From contig CAWIAD010000002.1 of NCBI GenBank assembly GCA_963833985.1, forward strand, positions 288,001 to 352,000: a DNA stretch of 64,000 nucleotides, given 5' to 3'. The notes under the pieces are model-generated. The model saw only the letters and a list, made by a program, of their open reading frames with translations. It was not told the DNA's origin and did no database searches. The stretch comes from an uncultured Planctomycetaceae bacterium. GTDB lineage: Bacteria > Planctomycetota > Planctomycetia > Isosphaerales > Isosphaeraceae. The position numbers and the translations under genes are program-made. Positions within the stretch are counted from its first letter, which is position 1. Each line of letters opens with the position of its first letter. Of the stretch, positions 63,702 through 64,000 are shown one piece after another.

Positions 63702-64000
63702 TCAGAAAGGCTGGCGACCAGCGAGAGCGTCGGCCAGCATGTCGCGGCTGGCGAATTCCAGCGTGCTGCCGGAGGCGAGCCCGCGAGCCAGCCGGGTCAT
63801 TGGCACCGGGCAACTGGCCAGCCGCTTGGCGATATAGAGCGCGGTGCCGTCGCCTTCGAGGGTTGGGTTGGTGGCCATGATGAGCTCGCGCACCGAGCCG
63901 GAGCGTACCCGCGCTTCCAGGGCGTCCGCGGTGAGCTGGTCCGGGCCCATGCCCTGAAGGGGAGCCAGCTTGCCGAGCAAAACATGGTAAACGCCCTGGT
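63702..64000 (-). CDS. recR: Recombination mediator RecR, 3' part
   Basis: [48 protein letters not shown]. Confidence 0.96.
   Translation of the reverse strand, partial: QGVYHVLLGKLAPLQGMGPDQLTADALEARVRSGSVRELIMATNPTLEGDGTALYIAKRLASCPVPMTRLARGLASGSTLEFASRDMLADALAGRQPF

Overview
A GC-rich bacterial chromosomal segment, most likely a planctomycete of the Isosphaeraceae type. This rests on recognised lineage-typical genes: a WD40 tail ending 'IRRQLTSMGLDWD', a 'YHAAMARKY...PWLPIEPDPPEP' small protein, Uma2, a FlgI-HEAT protein and the 'KVFTTGQVAKICKVAPRTVSKWFDSG' regulator. It holds about 48 genes. Housekeeping: XPB-like helicase, RluE, SppA, moaC, polyprenyl synthase, rpoN, recR. Envelope and glycosylation: PEP-CTERM protein, GT2, two GT-C-like proteins. 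Also two ABC-2 exporter clusters (one under a YtrA/GntR operator), carbohydrate enzymes (a CE1 esterase and a CE1-2xmalectin-GH51 fusion), a GAF histidine kinase with a REC-PP2C partner, an ABC-ATPase + DUF4276 (TOPRIM-like) candidate defence pair, an intact ISKra4-family IS (19-bp IRs, 9-bp target duplication, slippery site) and REP/REPIN clusters. About 17 scattered frameshifts split otherwise intact genes and look like long-read indel errors, so several products were rebuilt across frames. No rRNA, tRNA or CRISPR array was seen. No clearly new system can be proven from sequence alone. The best leads are the ATPase-DUF4276 pair, a multi-branch structured leader upstream of the HTH-REC regulator, the CE1-malectin-GH51 fusion, a dif-like site, the orphan FlgI-HEAT protein and a sigma54 site in front of rpoN.
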